Assembly (NCBI GenBank): GCA_046260555.1
Contig: JBHEOZ010000001.1
Location: 1 to 32,710, forward strand
DNA length: 32,710 nt
Reading direction: 5' to 3'
Origin: Desulfurivibrionaceae bacterium
GTDB taxonomy: Bacteria; Desulfobacterota; Desulfobulbia; Desulfobulbales; JAGXFP01
Shown: positions 1 to 8,123 of the stretch, one piece after another
Numbering within the stretch: the first letter of the stretch is position 1
Layout of the letters: each line of letters begins with the position of its first letter
The notes under the pieces: generated by a model
Database searches by the model: none
Seen by the model: only the letters and a program-made list of their open reading frames with translations
What the model was told of the DNA's origin: nothing
Program-made: the position numbers and the translations under genes

Positions 1-1113
1 CTCACATTCTGATCGACGCTCATTGTATTTCGAATCGGCCAGTCCGCGGCGTAAATTGGTGTTTGTGATGACAATCTTAATGCCATCCAGCACAAGCGGA
101 ACCCGTTTAAATTCAAGGGTTTCGCAGTTCAGGAAATTACGGTTCCAGACCCCGAGCACGGCGAGCAGCAGGGGCACGTTCTTTCTGATATCCCTTTCTT
201 CGGCACCCCGGTCGATGCGGTTGGCCCCCTCTAAAAATTTTCTGAAATTGTCGGAACCGATCGCGAAAGAGAGCAGCACTGCTCCGACCATCGATGAAGT
301 GCTGTAGCGCCCGCAGATATAGTCGAACATATAAAATGAGCGTAGATATCTGTCCGGATTATCCATGGGGCTGTTTTCGCCGGTCACAGCCACGAAATGG
401 CGGCTCGGCTCGAGGCCCGCCCCGTGAAACGCCTTTCTGACCAAGGCTTCGTTGGTCAAGGTTTCCAGGGTGGTGCCGCTTTTGGAGACCACCGCCACCA
501 GGGTGCGGCTCAAATCGAGATCCTTGAGCACGGCCGCGCAGTCGTCGGGATCGATATTTGAGATAAAGCTGACCCGCCGGTTCGGCCGGGAGAACGGTTT
601 CAAGGCGAGATAGACCGCCCGCGGACCCAGGTCGGAGCCGCCGATCCCGATATTAATGAGGTCGGTGAACATTTCACCCTGCTCATTGACCAGCCGGCCG
701 GCATCCAGGTCGTCCAGGAAGTTTTGCAGTTTGTCGAGTTCGCGCAGGGCCTGACCGGTGGCCTCGGGATTTTCCGGGATAGCGGAGAAGATATCCCGAC
801 AGGCGGTATGGAGGACCCGGCGGTTTTCGGAAGCGTAGCCCGTGATGCGATTCATCACCTCACCCTGTTTCATCATCTTGAACTGTTCGATAACGCCGCT
901 TTGATCGGCCAGTTCCTGGAGAAGGTCCAGGGTGCTGTCGTCCACCCGCTGGGTCGAATAGAGCAGCCGGTAACTCGCGGTATGGGCAATATAACCGGCA
1001 AGCCTGGTTGGCTCCAGGGCTTCGTGGCTGCTTAAGTCGAAGGGTTGCCGGGCCGCCTGCCGAAGTTTGTTGTGGGCCGGAAGAACATCCATATTCCGGA
1101 AGCTGTTGTCCAT
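1..1113 (-). CDS. pgi: glucose-6-phosphate isomerase, N-terminal ~370 codons (ORF runs off the left edge)
   Basis: Absent from the ORF track because it has no in-window stop. My minus-strand translation from ATG 1113 reads MDNSFRN...[12 protein letters not shown]...[15 protein letters not shown]...[13 protein letters not shown]...[14 protein letters not shown]...[17 protein letters not shown]. These are classic PGI blocks. Similarity seems to end near nt 120 (see findings). Confidence 0.85.
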   Translation of the reverse strand, partial: MDNSFRNMDVLPAHNKLRQAARQPFDLSSHEALEPTRLAGYIAHTASYRLLYSTQRVDDSTLDLLQELADQSGVIEQFKMMKQGEVMNRITGYASENRRVLHTACRDIFSAIPENPEATGQALRELDKLQNFLDDLDAGRLVNEQGEMFTDLINIGIGGSDLGPRAVYLALKPFSRPNRRVSFISNIDPDDCAAVLKDLDLSRTLVAVVSKSGTTLETLTNEALVRKAFHGAGLEPSRHFVAVTGENSPMDNPDRYLRSFYMFDYICGRYSTSSMVGAVLLSFAIGSDNFRKFLEGANRIDRGAEERDIRKNVPLLLAVLGVWNRNFLNCETLEFKRVPLVLDGIKIVITNTNLRRGLADSKYNERRSECE

Positions 1114-1274
1114 GTGATACCTCGGATCTCAAGGAGTAATTCGATTGCGTATCGCTCAGTATATTACGAGATTGACTTAAATTTCCCTGTTTTTTTTACA
1201 AGGTAATGGAGATGTGCTAAGTTTACGAAAGGTCTATGCTTTTGCGAATTCATCAATAATAGCATTTTCTTATT

Positions 1275-3080
1275 ATGATATACAGTAATCTGATATATTT
1301 GCTGGTGGTGATGGCGATCCTGGCCACCAGCACCACTCCCGAGGGCGCCCGCCTGCCTGAGTACCAGTTTATTGCGCTTTTTGCGATAAAGCTCGGGCTC
1401 TTTCGCTGGCTGATCCGCTTCTCTCTGAACCGGAGCAGGATCAGCCGGGTGTCGGACTACTTCTCGCTGGAGAGAAATCTGGCCGTTCTGGCTCTGGTCC
1501 TGTTCGGAGTGGATGTCTATCTCCTCGATCTTCGGTATTATCTCAATTTGCTGCCTTTTACCGCACCGCTGCCTTCCCTGGCCGAATTTGCCGGCATCGT
1601 GGTTTTTCTTTTTTATATGATTCTGCTCTGGACCGAACTCAAGCCTGGCTATGAGGAGGTGGTCGGGGTCAGGAAAAAAACTTCTGTTCATGTCAGGGAT
1701 AAGCTGAAAGTCAGTATCGCCCTGGTTCTACCCTGGCTGGTCGTTAATTTTATGCACGACCTGCTGCAATGGCTGCCGATCAAGGTGATTCGCGACTTTA
1801 TGGCATCCCCCTGGGGAGAGCCGCTCTTCCTGCTGGTGATGATTTCCGTCGCGGTTATCTGGTTCCCGGCCCTGCTGGTTCGCCTGTTTGGCTGCACCGC
1901 CATGCCCGAGGGGGATTTGCGCAGCCGGATCGAAAAGTTCAGCCGCCGCCAGGGGGTCCGCTTCGGGGAGATATGTCTTTGGCCTATCGTGGAGGGCAAG
2001 GTCCTGACGGCCGGAGTGGTTGGATTCGTGGGCCGCCACCGGTACCTGATGATCACCCCCGCCCTTTTGCAGTCTCTTTCCGAGGAGGAGCTTGAGGCAG
2101 TGGTTGCCCATGAGATCGGCCATGTCAAAAAACATCATTTGCTCCTCTATATCCTTCTCTTTCTGGGTTTCGCCTTGCTGATCCAGTTGTGCGTGCAGCC
2201 CCTGCTTGTTCTGTTGCTCTCCGCGCCCTGGTTTTACGAATTTCTTTATAGCTATGAGGGTGATCCGGTGGCCCTGTTGGCGATTCTCACCGGCGGCCCG
2301 CTTCTTGTAGCCGCCCTTGTCTATTTTCGTTATGTATTCGGCTTCTTCATGCGCAACTTCGAAAGGCAGGCGGATCATTATTCCTTCCGGGTCATGGGAA
2401 GCGTTGCTCCGCTGATCAGCGTTTTCCGGAAGATCTCTCTGATGAGCGGCCAGCACCGCGATGTGCCGTGCTGGCATCATTTCAGCATCGGCCAGCGCAT
2501 CGATAATTTATTGAGCTGCCAACGAGACGACAAGGTGCCAGCGGGCCACAACCGCAAGGTCTACACCGCCCTGGCCGCTTATTTTATGGTCATTGCCGCG
2601 GCGTTTGCTCTGACCCTGCATGCCGGTGAGCGTCTGGCGATCAGCTCGTCCGGGCAGCTTGTCGCCGAGCAGGTGATTCTGGAAAAGATCGAGCGCGATC
2701 CCAATAATCCACTCTGGCACCAGTTTCACGGGGATCTGCTTGCCTCCCGCGAACAGTCCGCCAAGGCGATAAAAGCCTTTGAGAGGAGCCTTGAGCTTGC
2801 GCCGGATAATCCCGAGGCCCTGAACAATCTTGCCTGGCTGTTGCTGACCGGTGAAGATCAGGAGCTCCGTGACTCGGATCGGGCTCTGGAACTGGCTCGA
2901 AAAGCGGCGAAGCTCCAACCGCGAAGCCATATCCTTGATACCCTGGCCGAGGCATACTGGCAGAACGGCATGGCTGAACTGGCCCTTGAAACGGGCCGGC
3001 GGGCTCTGGAAAACAGTATCGGCAACCGCGAATATTATCGCCGGCAGTTGGAAAAATTCGATATGAGCGATCAATCGTGA
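1275..3080 (+). CDS. M48-family zinc metalloprotease, polytopic membrane protein with C-terminal TPR repeats
   Basis: 601-aa ORF with an ATG start. It has several hydrophobic helices and an HExxH motif in VVAHEIGHVKKHH, typical of HtpX/Ste24/BepA-type M48 peptidases. The C-terminus has TPR-like repeats (AIKAFERSLELAPDNPEALNNLAWLL..., ALELARKAAKLQPRSHILDTLAEAYWQNG). Confidence 0.85.
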   Translation: MIYSNLIYLLVVMAILATSTTPEGARLPEYQFIALFAIKLGLFRWLIRFSLNRSRISRVSDYFSLERNLAVLALVLFGVDVYLLDLRYYLNLLPFTAPLPSLAEFAGIVVFLFYMILLWTELKPGYEEVVGVRKKTSVHVRDKLKVSIALVLPWLVVNFMHDLLQWLPIKVIRDFMASPWGEPLFLLVMISVAVIWFPALLVRLFGCTAMPEGDLRSRIEKFSRRQGVRFGEICLWPIVEGKVLTAGVVGFVGRHRYLMITPALLQSLSEEELEAVVAHEIGHVKKHHLLLYILLFLGFALLIQLCVQPLLVLLLSAPWFYEFLYSYEGDPVALLAILTGGPLLVAALVYFRYVFGFFMRNFERQADHYSFRVMGSVAPLISVFRKISLMSGQHRDVPCWHHFSIGQRIDNLLSCQRDDKVPAGHNRKVYTALAAYFMVIAAAFALTLHAGERLAISSSGQLVAEQVILEKIERDPNNPLWHQFHGDLLASREQSAKAIKAFERSLELAPDNPEALNNLAWLLLTGEDQELRDSDRALELARKAAKLQPRSHILDTLAEAYWQNGMAELALETGRRALENSIGNREYYRRQLEKFDMSDQS

Positions 3081-3083
3081 TGA

Positions 3084-3268
3084 GTTTTTGCGACGCCGTC
3101 AATCTAGTACCCTGTAACCCTATAACTGTCGCATCTTGCTCGTTATTTTCCGCGCCGACTTTTGTTGCGGCTTCAGTTTCATAGCGCTGCTATGCGCCTT
3201 CAGCCACGCCTCGCCGTCACGAAAAATCCCTTCGCAATTGTGCGAAATTTAAAGTTTTACAAGGTACC
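3084..3268 (+). repeat. Family B palindromic repeat (copy B1), preceded by an inverted family A terminus (GTTTTTGCGACGCCGTCA, 3084-3101)
   Basis: Aligns by eye with the reverse complement of 3976-4185. Exact blocks include TCGCATCTTGCTCGTTATTTT (3129-3149 = rc of 4125-4145), GTTGCGGCTTC, AGCGCTGCTATGCGC and AAAATCCCTTCGCAAT. Its own ends are inverted (GTACCCTGTAACCCTATAA / TTAAAGTTTTACAAGGTAC). Confidence 0.75.
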
Positions 3269-3280
3269 AGGAGATCCGGG

Positions 3281-3805
3281 ATGGGCGAACAGGGCGTGAT
3301 TATGGTATATACCGGTGACGGCAAGGGCAAGACCACTGCCGCGTTCGGCCAGGCCCTGCGCGCGGCAGGGCACGGTTTTACGGTTTGCATCATTCAGTTC
3401 ATCAAGGGCAAATGGCAGACCGGCGAGGCCAGGGCGGCGGCCGGATGCAGCGAGTTGATTGAACTGCATGTTTGCGGCACCGGCTTCACCTGGGAGGCCG
3501 AGGATCGGGAAGAGTTGAAAGATGTTGCCCGCCGGGGCTGGGAGCTGGCCCGGACCAAGATCGAATCCGGCCTGTTCCGTCTGGTGGTTCTCGATGAATT
3601 CACCTACCTCCTTAACTATGGGATTGTGGCGGAAAGCGAAGCGCTTGAGGTTCTGCGCGCCAGACCGGAAGGGGTGAATGTCGTCGTCACCGGCCGCGGG
3701 GCCGGGGCGGAACTGATCGCCCTGGCCGACATCGTTACCGAGATGCGGGAGATCAAACACGGCTACGGCTCGGGGGTCAAGGCCGGTAAGGGTGTTGAAT
3801 TTTGA
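3281..3805 (+). CDS. cobO: cob(I)yrinic acid a,c-diamide adenosyltransferase (CobO/BtuR family)
   Basis: 174 aa. The sequence VYTGDGKGKTTAAFGQALRAAGHG...IQFIKG...LVVLDEFTY...VVTGRGA...EMREIKH is the hallmark CobA/CobO/BtuR P-loop pattern. AGGAG lies 8 nt upstream of the ATG. Confidence 0.92.
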   Translation: MGEQGVIMVYTGDGKGKTTAAFGQALRAAGHGFTVCIIQFIKGKWQTGEARAAAGCSELIELHVCGTGFTWEAEDREELKDVARRGWELARTKIESGLFRLVVLDEFTYLLNYGIVAESEALEVLRARPEGVNVVVTGRGAGAELIALADIVTEMREIKHGYGSGVKAGKGVEF

Positions 3806-3971
3806 TGGCGTCGCAAAAAGCACCCTCAAGGGCATAATCGCCAGCTCCTGCGTTGCTGCAAATTGTCTCGTCATTGCAGCGTACTGAAGTACGCTGCATT
3901 CCTAGAAATTCGCGCGCCTTGGATCTGACGATTTTTGCTTAGCCATCCCGTGACTTTTTGCGAGTTTGTCA
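3803..3971 (+). mobile_element. Family A MITE-like element, copy A1 (169 bp)
   Basis: Termini are TGATGGCGTCGCAAAAAG (5' end) and CTTTTTGCGAGTTTGTCA (3' end), which are imperfect inverted repeats. The subterminal block is TTTTGCTTAGCCATCCCGTGAC. The core holds a perfect 10-bp stem, TGCAGCGTAC-tgaa-GTACGCTGCA (3875-3898). The first 3 nt are the cobO stop codon. Confidence 0.7.
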
Positions 3972-3975
3972 ATTT

Positions 3976-4185
3976 TGATGGCGTCGCAAAAAGTCTTGGG
4001 ATGACTAGTGCCCCGTAAACCATAAAGTTTCGCGAGATTGCGAAGGGATTTTGCGGGCCAACAAGGCGCGGCTTCCCGCGCATAGCAGCGCTCTGTAACG
4101 GAAGCCGCAACGCGGTTGGCACGTAAAATAACGAGCAAGATGCGATAGTTTAGGGGTTACGGGGTGCTAAGCCGTCGTTCAAAAA
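3976..4185 (-). repeat. Family B palindromic repeat (copy B2, inverted relative to B1), headed by a second family A terminus (3976-3993)
   Basis: TGATGGCGTCGCAAAAAG at 3976-3993 is followed by sequence whose reverse complement aligns with 3084-3268. The central stem is GCGGCTTCC...GGAAGCCGC. Confidence 0.75.
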
Positions 4186-4253
4186 TAAATCATACTTTTT
4201 TTGTTCATGAACGGCATAAGGGGCCGTAAAGAAATGGATAAAAAGTTCAGGTT

Positions 4254-4272
4254 ATTTCTTAACGGCCCCTAA
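4254..4272. repeat. 19-bp exact repeat ATTTCTTAACGGCCCCTAA (second copy at 31563-31581)
   Basis: Exact 19/19 match between the two loci. On the minus strand it reads TTAGGGGCCGTTAAGAAAT and contains the TAG stop of the 4269-4985 gene. Here it pairs with ATTTCTTTACGGCCCCT (rc of about 4220-4236) to form a ~17-bp hairpin. Confidence 0.9.
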
Positions 4273-4985
4273 GGCAGGGCGATGGGGGTGAGCAGTTCAA
4301 GGGCAGTCAGGGATTCGCCCTTGCGCAGAGCGGCGCCGACGGCGGCTCCCAGTTTTTCGGCTTCACGGAGTTGTTGCCGGGAATGGCCGTAGCGCTGGTA
4401 GTAGCGGCCGAGCAGTTTCGATCTTTCCGGCGCCTTGCCGGCGATTTTCAGGAATACCCCCAGAGTCCGCCATGGTTCGGGGGAAGGGTGGGAAAAGACA
4501 ATCCGGTTCGGCACCTTCGCCCCGCATTTCAACAGAAGATTTTTCAGGCCCAGCCAGTGCAGGCGCCAGTAGCCGCGGCAGGAGATTACCGGCAGCACGG
4601 TCCGCTCTTTAAAGAGACGCGGCCCGTAACGGTCGATAAGATCGAGAATCGGCCCGCTCGGGTTATATGACCAGGTGGGGCCGGCCAGCATAATCAGGTC
4701 GTAGTCTGCCCAGAGATCGTCCTCGGGCTCTTTGATCGTCACCCGCCGGCGGAGTGCGGTGACCAGCATCATTTTGAAGGTGGCGAAAATCGAGCCGACC
4801 GGAAAGCGCAGGGGCTTGACGGTCCGAAGCCTGATGAAATTAATCTCGACTCCTTCCTTTTTCAGGCCGCAGGCGATATGGTTGAGCAGGCCGCTGGTCT
4901 GGCCACTGAAGGAATAATAGAGGAGCAGAGCCCGGCGCTTCCGGCCGGTCGGTTCCGAAGTGGTATGGGCTGGTTTGTCGGTCAT
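4269..4985 (-). CDS. flavodoxin-like fold protein, function unknown
   Basis: The tracked ORF is 4269-5084. I prefer the ATG at 4985 (MTDKPAHTT...) because the upstream 33 codons lie inside repeat copy A5. ALLLYYSFSGQTSGLLNHIACGLKKEGVEINFI and DLIMLAGPTWSYNPSGP resemble the flavodoxin-fold N-terminal strand and phosphate-loop layout. Confidence 0.6.
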   Translation of the reverse strand: MTDKPAHTTSEPTGRKRRALLLYYSFSGQTSGLLNHIACGLKKEGVEINFIRLRTVKPLRFPVGSIFATFKMMLVTALRRRVTIKEPEDDLWADYDLIMLAGPTWSYNPSGPILDLIDRYGPRLFKERTVLPVISCRGYWRLHWLGLKNLLLKCGAKVPNRIVFSHPSPEPWRTLGVFLKIAGKAPERSKLLGRYYQRYGHSRQQLREAEKLGAAVGAALRKGESLTALELLTPIALP

Positions 4986-5046
4986 TGGTTTTTGATAAGG
5001 GCAAGCTTGTTCCCTGGCCGAAACTGATTCAGGTCTAGCAACAGAA

Positions 5047-5232
5047 TGATGCACTCGCAAAAAGTCACGAAAACGGCTAAACATATAATCCCCGCGGGAT
5101 GAAAATGGTCAGATATAAAGCGCGTGGGTTTCGAGAACGGCGGCGCATTTTCCGTACGCGCCTCGAAACCATTTGCGGCAGGACCGAAGGTTGCGCGCTA
5201 TGCCCCTTTTGGGGTGCCTTGCGACGCCATCA
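5047..5232 (-). mobile_element. Family A MITE-like element, copy A5 (186 bp, inverted)
   Basis: The ends are TGATGCACTCGCAAAAAG (5047-5064) and CCTTGCGACGCCATCA (5217-5232, rc TGATGGCGTCGCAAGG). These are the best terminal inverted repeats of the family. The core stem is GGTTTCGAG...CTCGAAACC. Confidence 0.7.
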
Positions 5233-5314
5233 AGAATAACACTCTTGGCCGGGCAAGGCATTGAATATTTTGCCTGGGCGGCCGAATTGCACTACTAATC
5301 CGATTGAGGCGGCA

Positions 5315-6691
5315 ATGGAAAAAAAATTTGATGTAATTATCGTCGGGGGCGGCCTTTCCGGCCTCAGTACCGCCCATTTTCTCGGCAAGCGCAACCCTGC
5401 TCTGAAGATCGCCGTTGTCGAGAAGGACGATCGGCCGGGCGGCGCTATTCGAACCTTCAGGCGTGATGGTTTCCAGGCCGAATGGGGGCCCCACGGTTTT
5501 CTGAACAATACGGCGGAGAGCCTGGAAATTCTCAATGACCTCGGCCTGGACCGGGAAATGCAGACCGCCCCCCTGGGCGATTTCAGGCGCTTCATCTGTT
5601 TCAACGGTAAATTGGAACCTTTGCCCCAGAATCCGAAGATGCTGTTGGCGACGCCGCTGCTCTCCTTATCGGGAAAATTGAGACTTCTGGCCGATCTCTG
5701 GAAAAAGCCGCGACCCGAGGACCAGAGCATCGGCGCATGGGCGGCCTATCGCTTCGGTCCCGGGGTGCTGCCGATGGTCGATGTCGCCGTGACCGGCACC
5801 TTTGCCGGCGATCTGGATCGCCTGAGCATTGACGCGGTCATGCCCGGAGTCCGCCAGCTTGAAAAAGAGCAGGGCTCGGTATTGCGCGGCGTTATTAAAA
5901 AGAAGAAAAGGGAGGGGGGCGGCTCCAAGGGCCTGCCGGCGATGGTCAATTTTCCGGCCGGCATGGAGCGCTTAACCGATCGGTTGGCCGGCGAGGAGAA
6001 GAATCTGCTGTTGTCGACCACGGTAAACAGGCTGGAGCGGGACGGCGCGGATTGGCTGGTAAGCACCGGTCATGATCTCTTGCGGGCTCCGGAGCTGGTC
6101 ATGGCCCTGCCGGTCAACGCCTCCCTGCGCCTTCTCGAAAAGCTTGACGAGCCCCCGGTGGTCGAGGCGCCCGGGGCAAGGATCGCCAACGTGGTCATGG
6201 GCTTCGGCAAGGAGGCGAAGGTGCCCCGTGGATTCGGTTACCTGGCGCCGGAAAGGGAAGGGCGTTTCGCCCTTGGGGCCATGTTTTCCTCGCACATGTT
6301 TCCGGACCGCTGTCCGGCCGGCCATATCCTGCTAGAAGCCCTGGTCGGCGGCCGGCGGCATCCCGAAAGGCTGGAGTTGAGCGACGGGGAAATAGTCAGC
6401 CGGGTCTATGAAGATATCAGCCGCTTGATGATCCTGCCCGAGCCTCCGGTCTTTGCCGAGGTTCTGAGATCTTCCGGGGCAATTCCCCAGTTGGAGATGG
6501 ACCATCCGGCCCTGCTGGAATGGCGGCGCGCAATCGAAAAAAAGATGAGCGGCCTCCATATCTGCGGTTTCGGCTGGGACGGCATTGGGATGAACGATGT
6601 GATTAAATCGGCGGCCCGCACCTCGGAAGCCGTCCTGGCGGAGAAGGCGACGGAGAGCGGGCAGGCTCCGGTCAAGCCCGTTTACTTCTAA
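5315..6691 (+). CDS. hemY: protoporphyrinogen/coproporphyrinogen oxidase family FAD oxidoreductase (HemY type)
   Basis: The tracked ORF starts at TTG 5261. ATG 5315 (MEKKFDVIIVGGGLSGLSTAHFL, with GAGG upstream) puts the GxGxxG dinucleotide fold at the N-terminus. Length is about 458 aa, and the internal blocks (GGAIRT, GPHGF, SLSGKLRLL, FGWDGIGMNDVI) fit the HemY/PPOX family. Confidence 0.8.
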   Translation: MEKKFDVIIVGGGLSGLSTAHFLGKRNPALKIAVVEKDDRPGGAIRTFRRDGFQAEWGPHGFLNNTAESLEILNDLGLDREMQTAPLGDFRRFICFNGKLEPLPQNPKMLLATPLLSLSGKLRLLADLWKKPRPEDQSIGAWAAYRFGPGVLPMVDVAVTGTFAGDLDRLSIDAVMPGVRQLEKEQGSVLRGVIKKKKREGGGSKGLPAMVNFPAGMERLTDRLAGEEKNLLLSTTVNRLERDGADWLVSTGHDLLRAPELVMALPVNASLRLLEKLDEPPVVEAPGARIANVVMGFGKEAKVPRGFGYLAPEREGRFALGAMFSSHMFPDRCPAGHILLEALVGGRRHPERLELSDGEIVSRVYEDISRLMILPEPPVFAEVLRSSGAIPQLEMDHPALLEWRRAIEKKMSGLHICGFGWDGIGMNDVIKSAARTSEAVLAEKATESGQAPVKPVYF

Positions 6692-6764
6692 CTCCGTCTG
6701 GAGCAATCTCCGGGCTGATGCAGGTTCGGGCGGCGGTTTTTCCCGGAAAAGCGGGGGAGCGGCT

Positions 6765-8105
6765 TTACGAGAACTGTTTGCGGATCTTGCTGGTCAGGAG
6801 ATCGATCTGGCCCCTGACGCTGGTGCTGCGGTTGATCGAATCGGTGATGACCCTGACCGAGTGGACCACGGTGGAGTGATCCCGGTTGAAGGCCCGGCCG
6901 ATTTCGGCCAGGGCCTGATCGGTGAATTTTCTGGCCAGATACATGGCGACCTGGCGGGGGAAGGCGACCTCCCGCTTCCGGCATTTCGACTTGAGTTCAT
7001 CGGCCGAAACCTTGAACTGCTTGGCAATAAAGTCCCGAATCGCCTCGGTTGAGATGACCGCGTCGGCGGTGTCGACGATATTGCTGATCACCTCTTTGAT
7101 CATCTCGAGGTCGGGGCGGTCGCGGCCGGACAGCCCCATCTTGGCTTTCAGTCCGATCACCGCGCTTTCAACCTGCCTGATATCGCCCCTGATGTTTTCG
7201 GCCAGGAAACAAATCAGCTCCTCGTCAAGTTGCAGGGTGTGATTATCCGATTTATTCTTGATTATCCGTTTTCTGGTCTGCAGGTCGGGGGGGTTGATGG
7301 TAGTGATCAATCCTCCTGACAGGCGGGAGAGTAATTCGGGCTCGATTTTGGGGATGTTCCGGGGACAGAACTTGCTGGTGAAAATGATTCTCTTTTCCTG
7401 GCCGATCAGAATATCCAGGGCGGCGGAAAGTTCCTCCTGGGTCTTGAGCCGCCCCGAGAGAGTATGAACGTCCTCCATCAGCAGGACGTCGCAGTTATGA
7501 TATTTTTCCTTGAAATCCTCCATCGAATTGCTGCGGATTGACTTGACCATTTCGGCGGTGAGCTGCTGGGCGGTCAGATATTGCAGCCTGGTCGAGGGCG
7601 ATTCAGCCATGATCTTGTGGGCCACGGCATGGGTCAGATGGCTCTTGCCGAGGCCGGCCGCCGATTCAATGAACAGGCAGCGGCCCAGGGAGGGATCGTC
7701 GTTGGCGATACCTTCGCAGGCCGTTTTGGCCATGATATTCGATTCTCCGACCATGAACTCCGCAAAGGTGAAGCGGGGGTGGAGGGGGCGCACGGACTGC
7801 TTTACCCGGGGGACACTGGGCAGGCGCAGTTGCCCGTCTTTTTGCCCCGGCGGCAGCATGGTTGGGGAGATATTGTCGGCAACGGCCAGCCTGATTTCGG
7901 TGTCCCGCATATCCAAGGCATCGAGGCTGTTTCGGAGCGCGGTGTAGAAATTCTCCTGGACCCAGGAACAGAAAAAACGATCGGGAGCGACCAGCTCCAG
8001 GAGACCCTCCGAAACCTGACGGACCCGGAGCGGTTGAATCCACAGAGACATGGTGCTTTCCGGCAGCACAGCGGCCAGATTTTTTTTAATCATTTCCCAG
8101 GGCAT
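6765..8105 (-). CDS. dnaA: chromosomal replication initiator DnaA
   Basis: N-terminal W..IQPL motif, AAA+ Walker A (ESAAGLGKSHLTHAV), Walker B (LLMEDVH), and a C-terminal DNA-binding domain (FPRQVAMYLARKFT...IGRAFNRDHSTVVHS). The tracked ORF starts at TTG 8123; ATG 8105 (MPWEMIKKNL) is preferred. Confidence 0.95.
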   Translation of the reverse strand: MPWEMIKKNLAAVLPESTMSLWIQPLRVRQVSEGLLELVAPDRFFCSWVQENFYTALRNSLDALDMRDTEIRLAVADNISPTMLPPGQKDGQLRLPSVPRVKQSVRPLHPRFTFAEFMVGESNIMAKTACEGIANDDPSLGRCLFIESAAGLGKSHLTHAVAHKIMAESPSTRLQYLTAQQLTAEMVKSIRSNSMEDFKEKYHNCDVLLMEDVHTLSGRLKTQEELSAALDILIGQEKRIIFTSKFCPRNIPKIEPELLSRLSGGLITTINPPDLQTRKRIIKNKSDNHTLQLDEELICFLAENIRGDIRQVESAVIGLKAKMGLSGRDRPDLEMIKEVISNIVDTADAVISTEAIRDFIAKQFKVSADELKSKCRKREVAFPRQVAMYLARKFTDQALAEIGRAFNRDHSTVVHSVRVITDSINRSTSVRGQIDLLTSKIRKQFS

Positions 8106-8123
8106 AAGATAAAACAATCTCAA

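Noticed and set aside
724-1132. ORFs 724-1035 (+) and 860-1132 (-) listed in the track.
   Set aside because: Both overlap the pgi coding frame, either antisense or out of frame, and have no motifs of their own.
3103-3268. Structured element directly upstream of cobO as a possible cobalamin riboswitch.
   Set aside because: I could not find a B12-box-like motif. The same element also occurs in inverted orientation downstream of cobO (3976-4185), so it is a dispersed repeat, not a leader-specific riboswitch.
3084-5232. Clustered repeats (families A and B, heptamer array at 24843-24898) as CRISPR arrays.
   Set aside because: There are no regularly spaced identical 25-40-bp repeats with unique spacers. 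The repeats are long palindromic elements in both orientations, or a 7-nt microsatellite. No cas genes are present.
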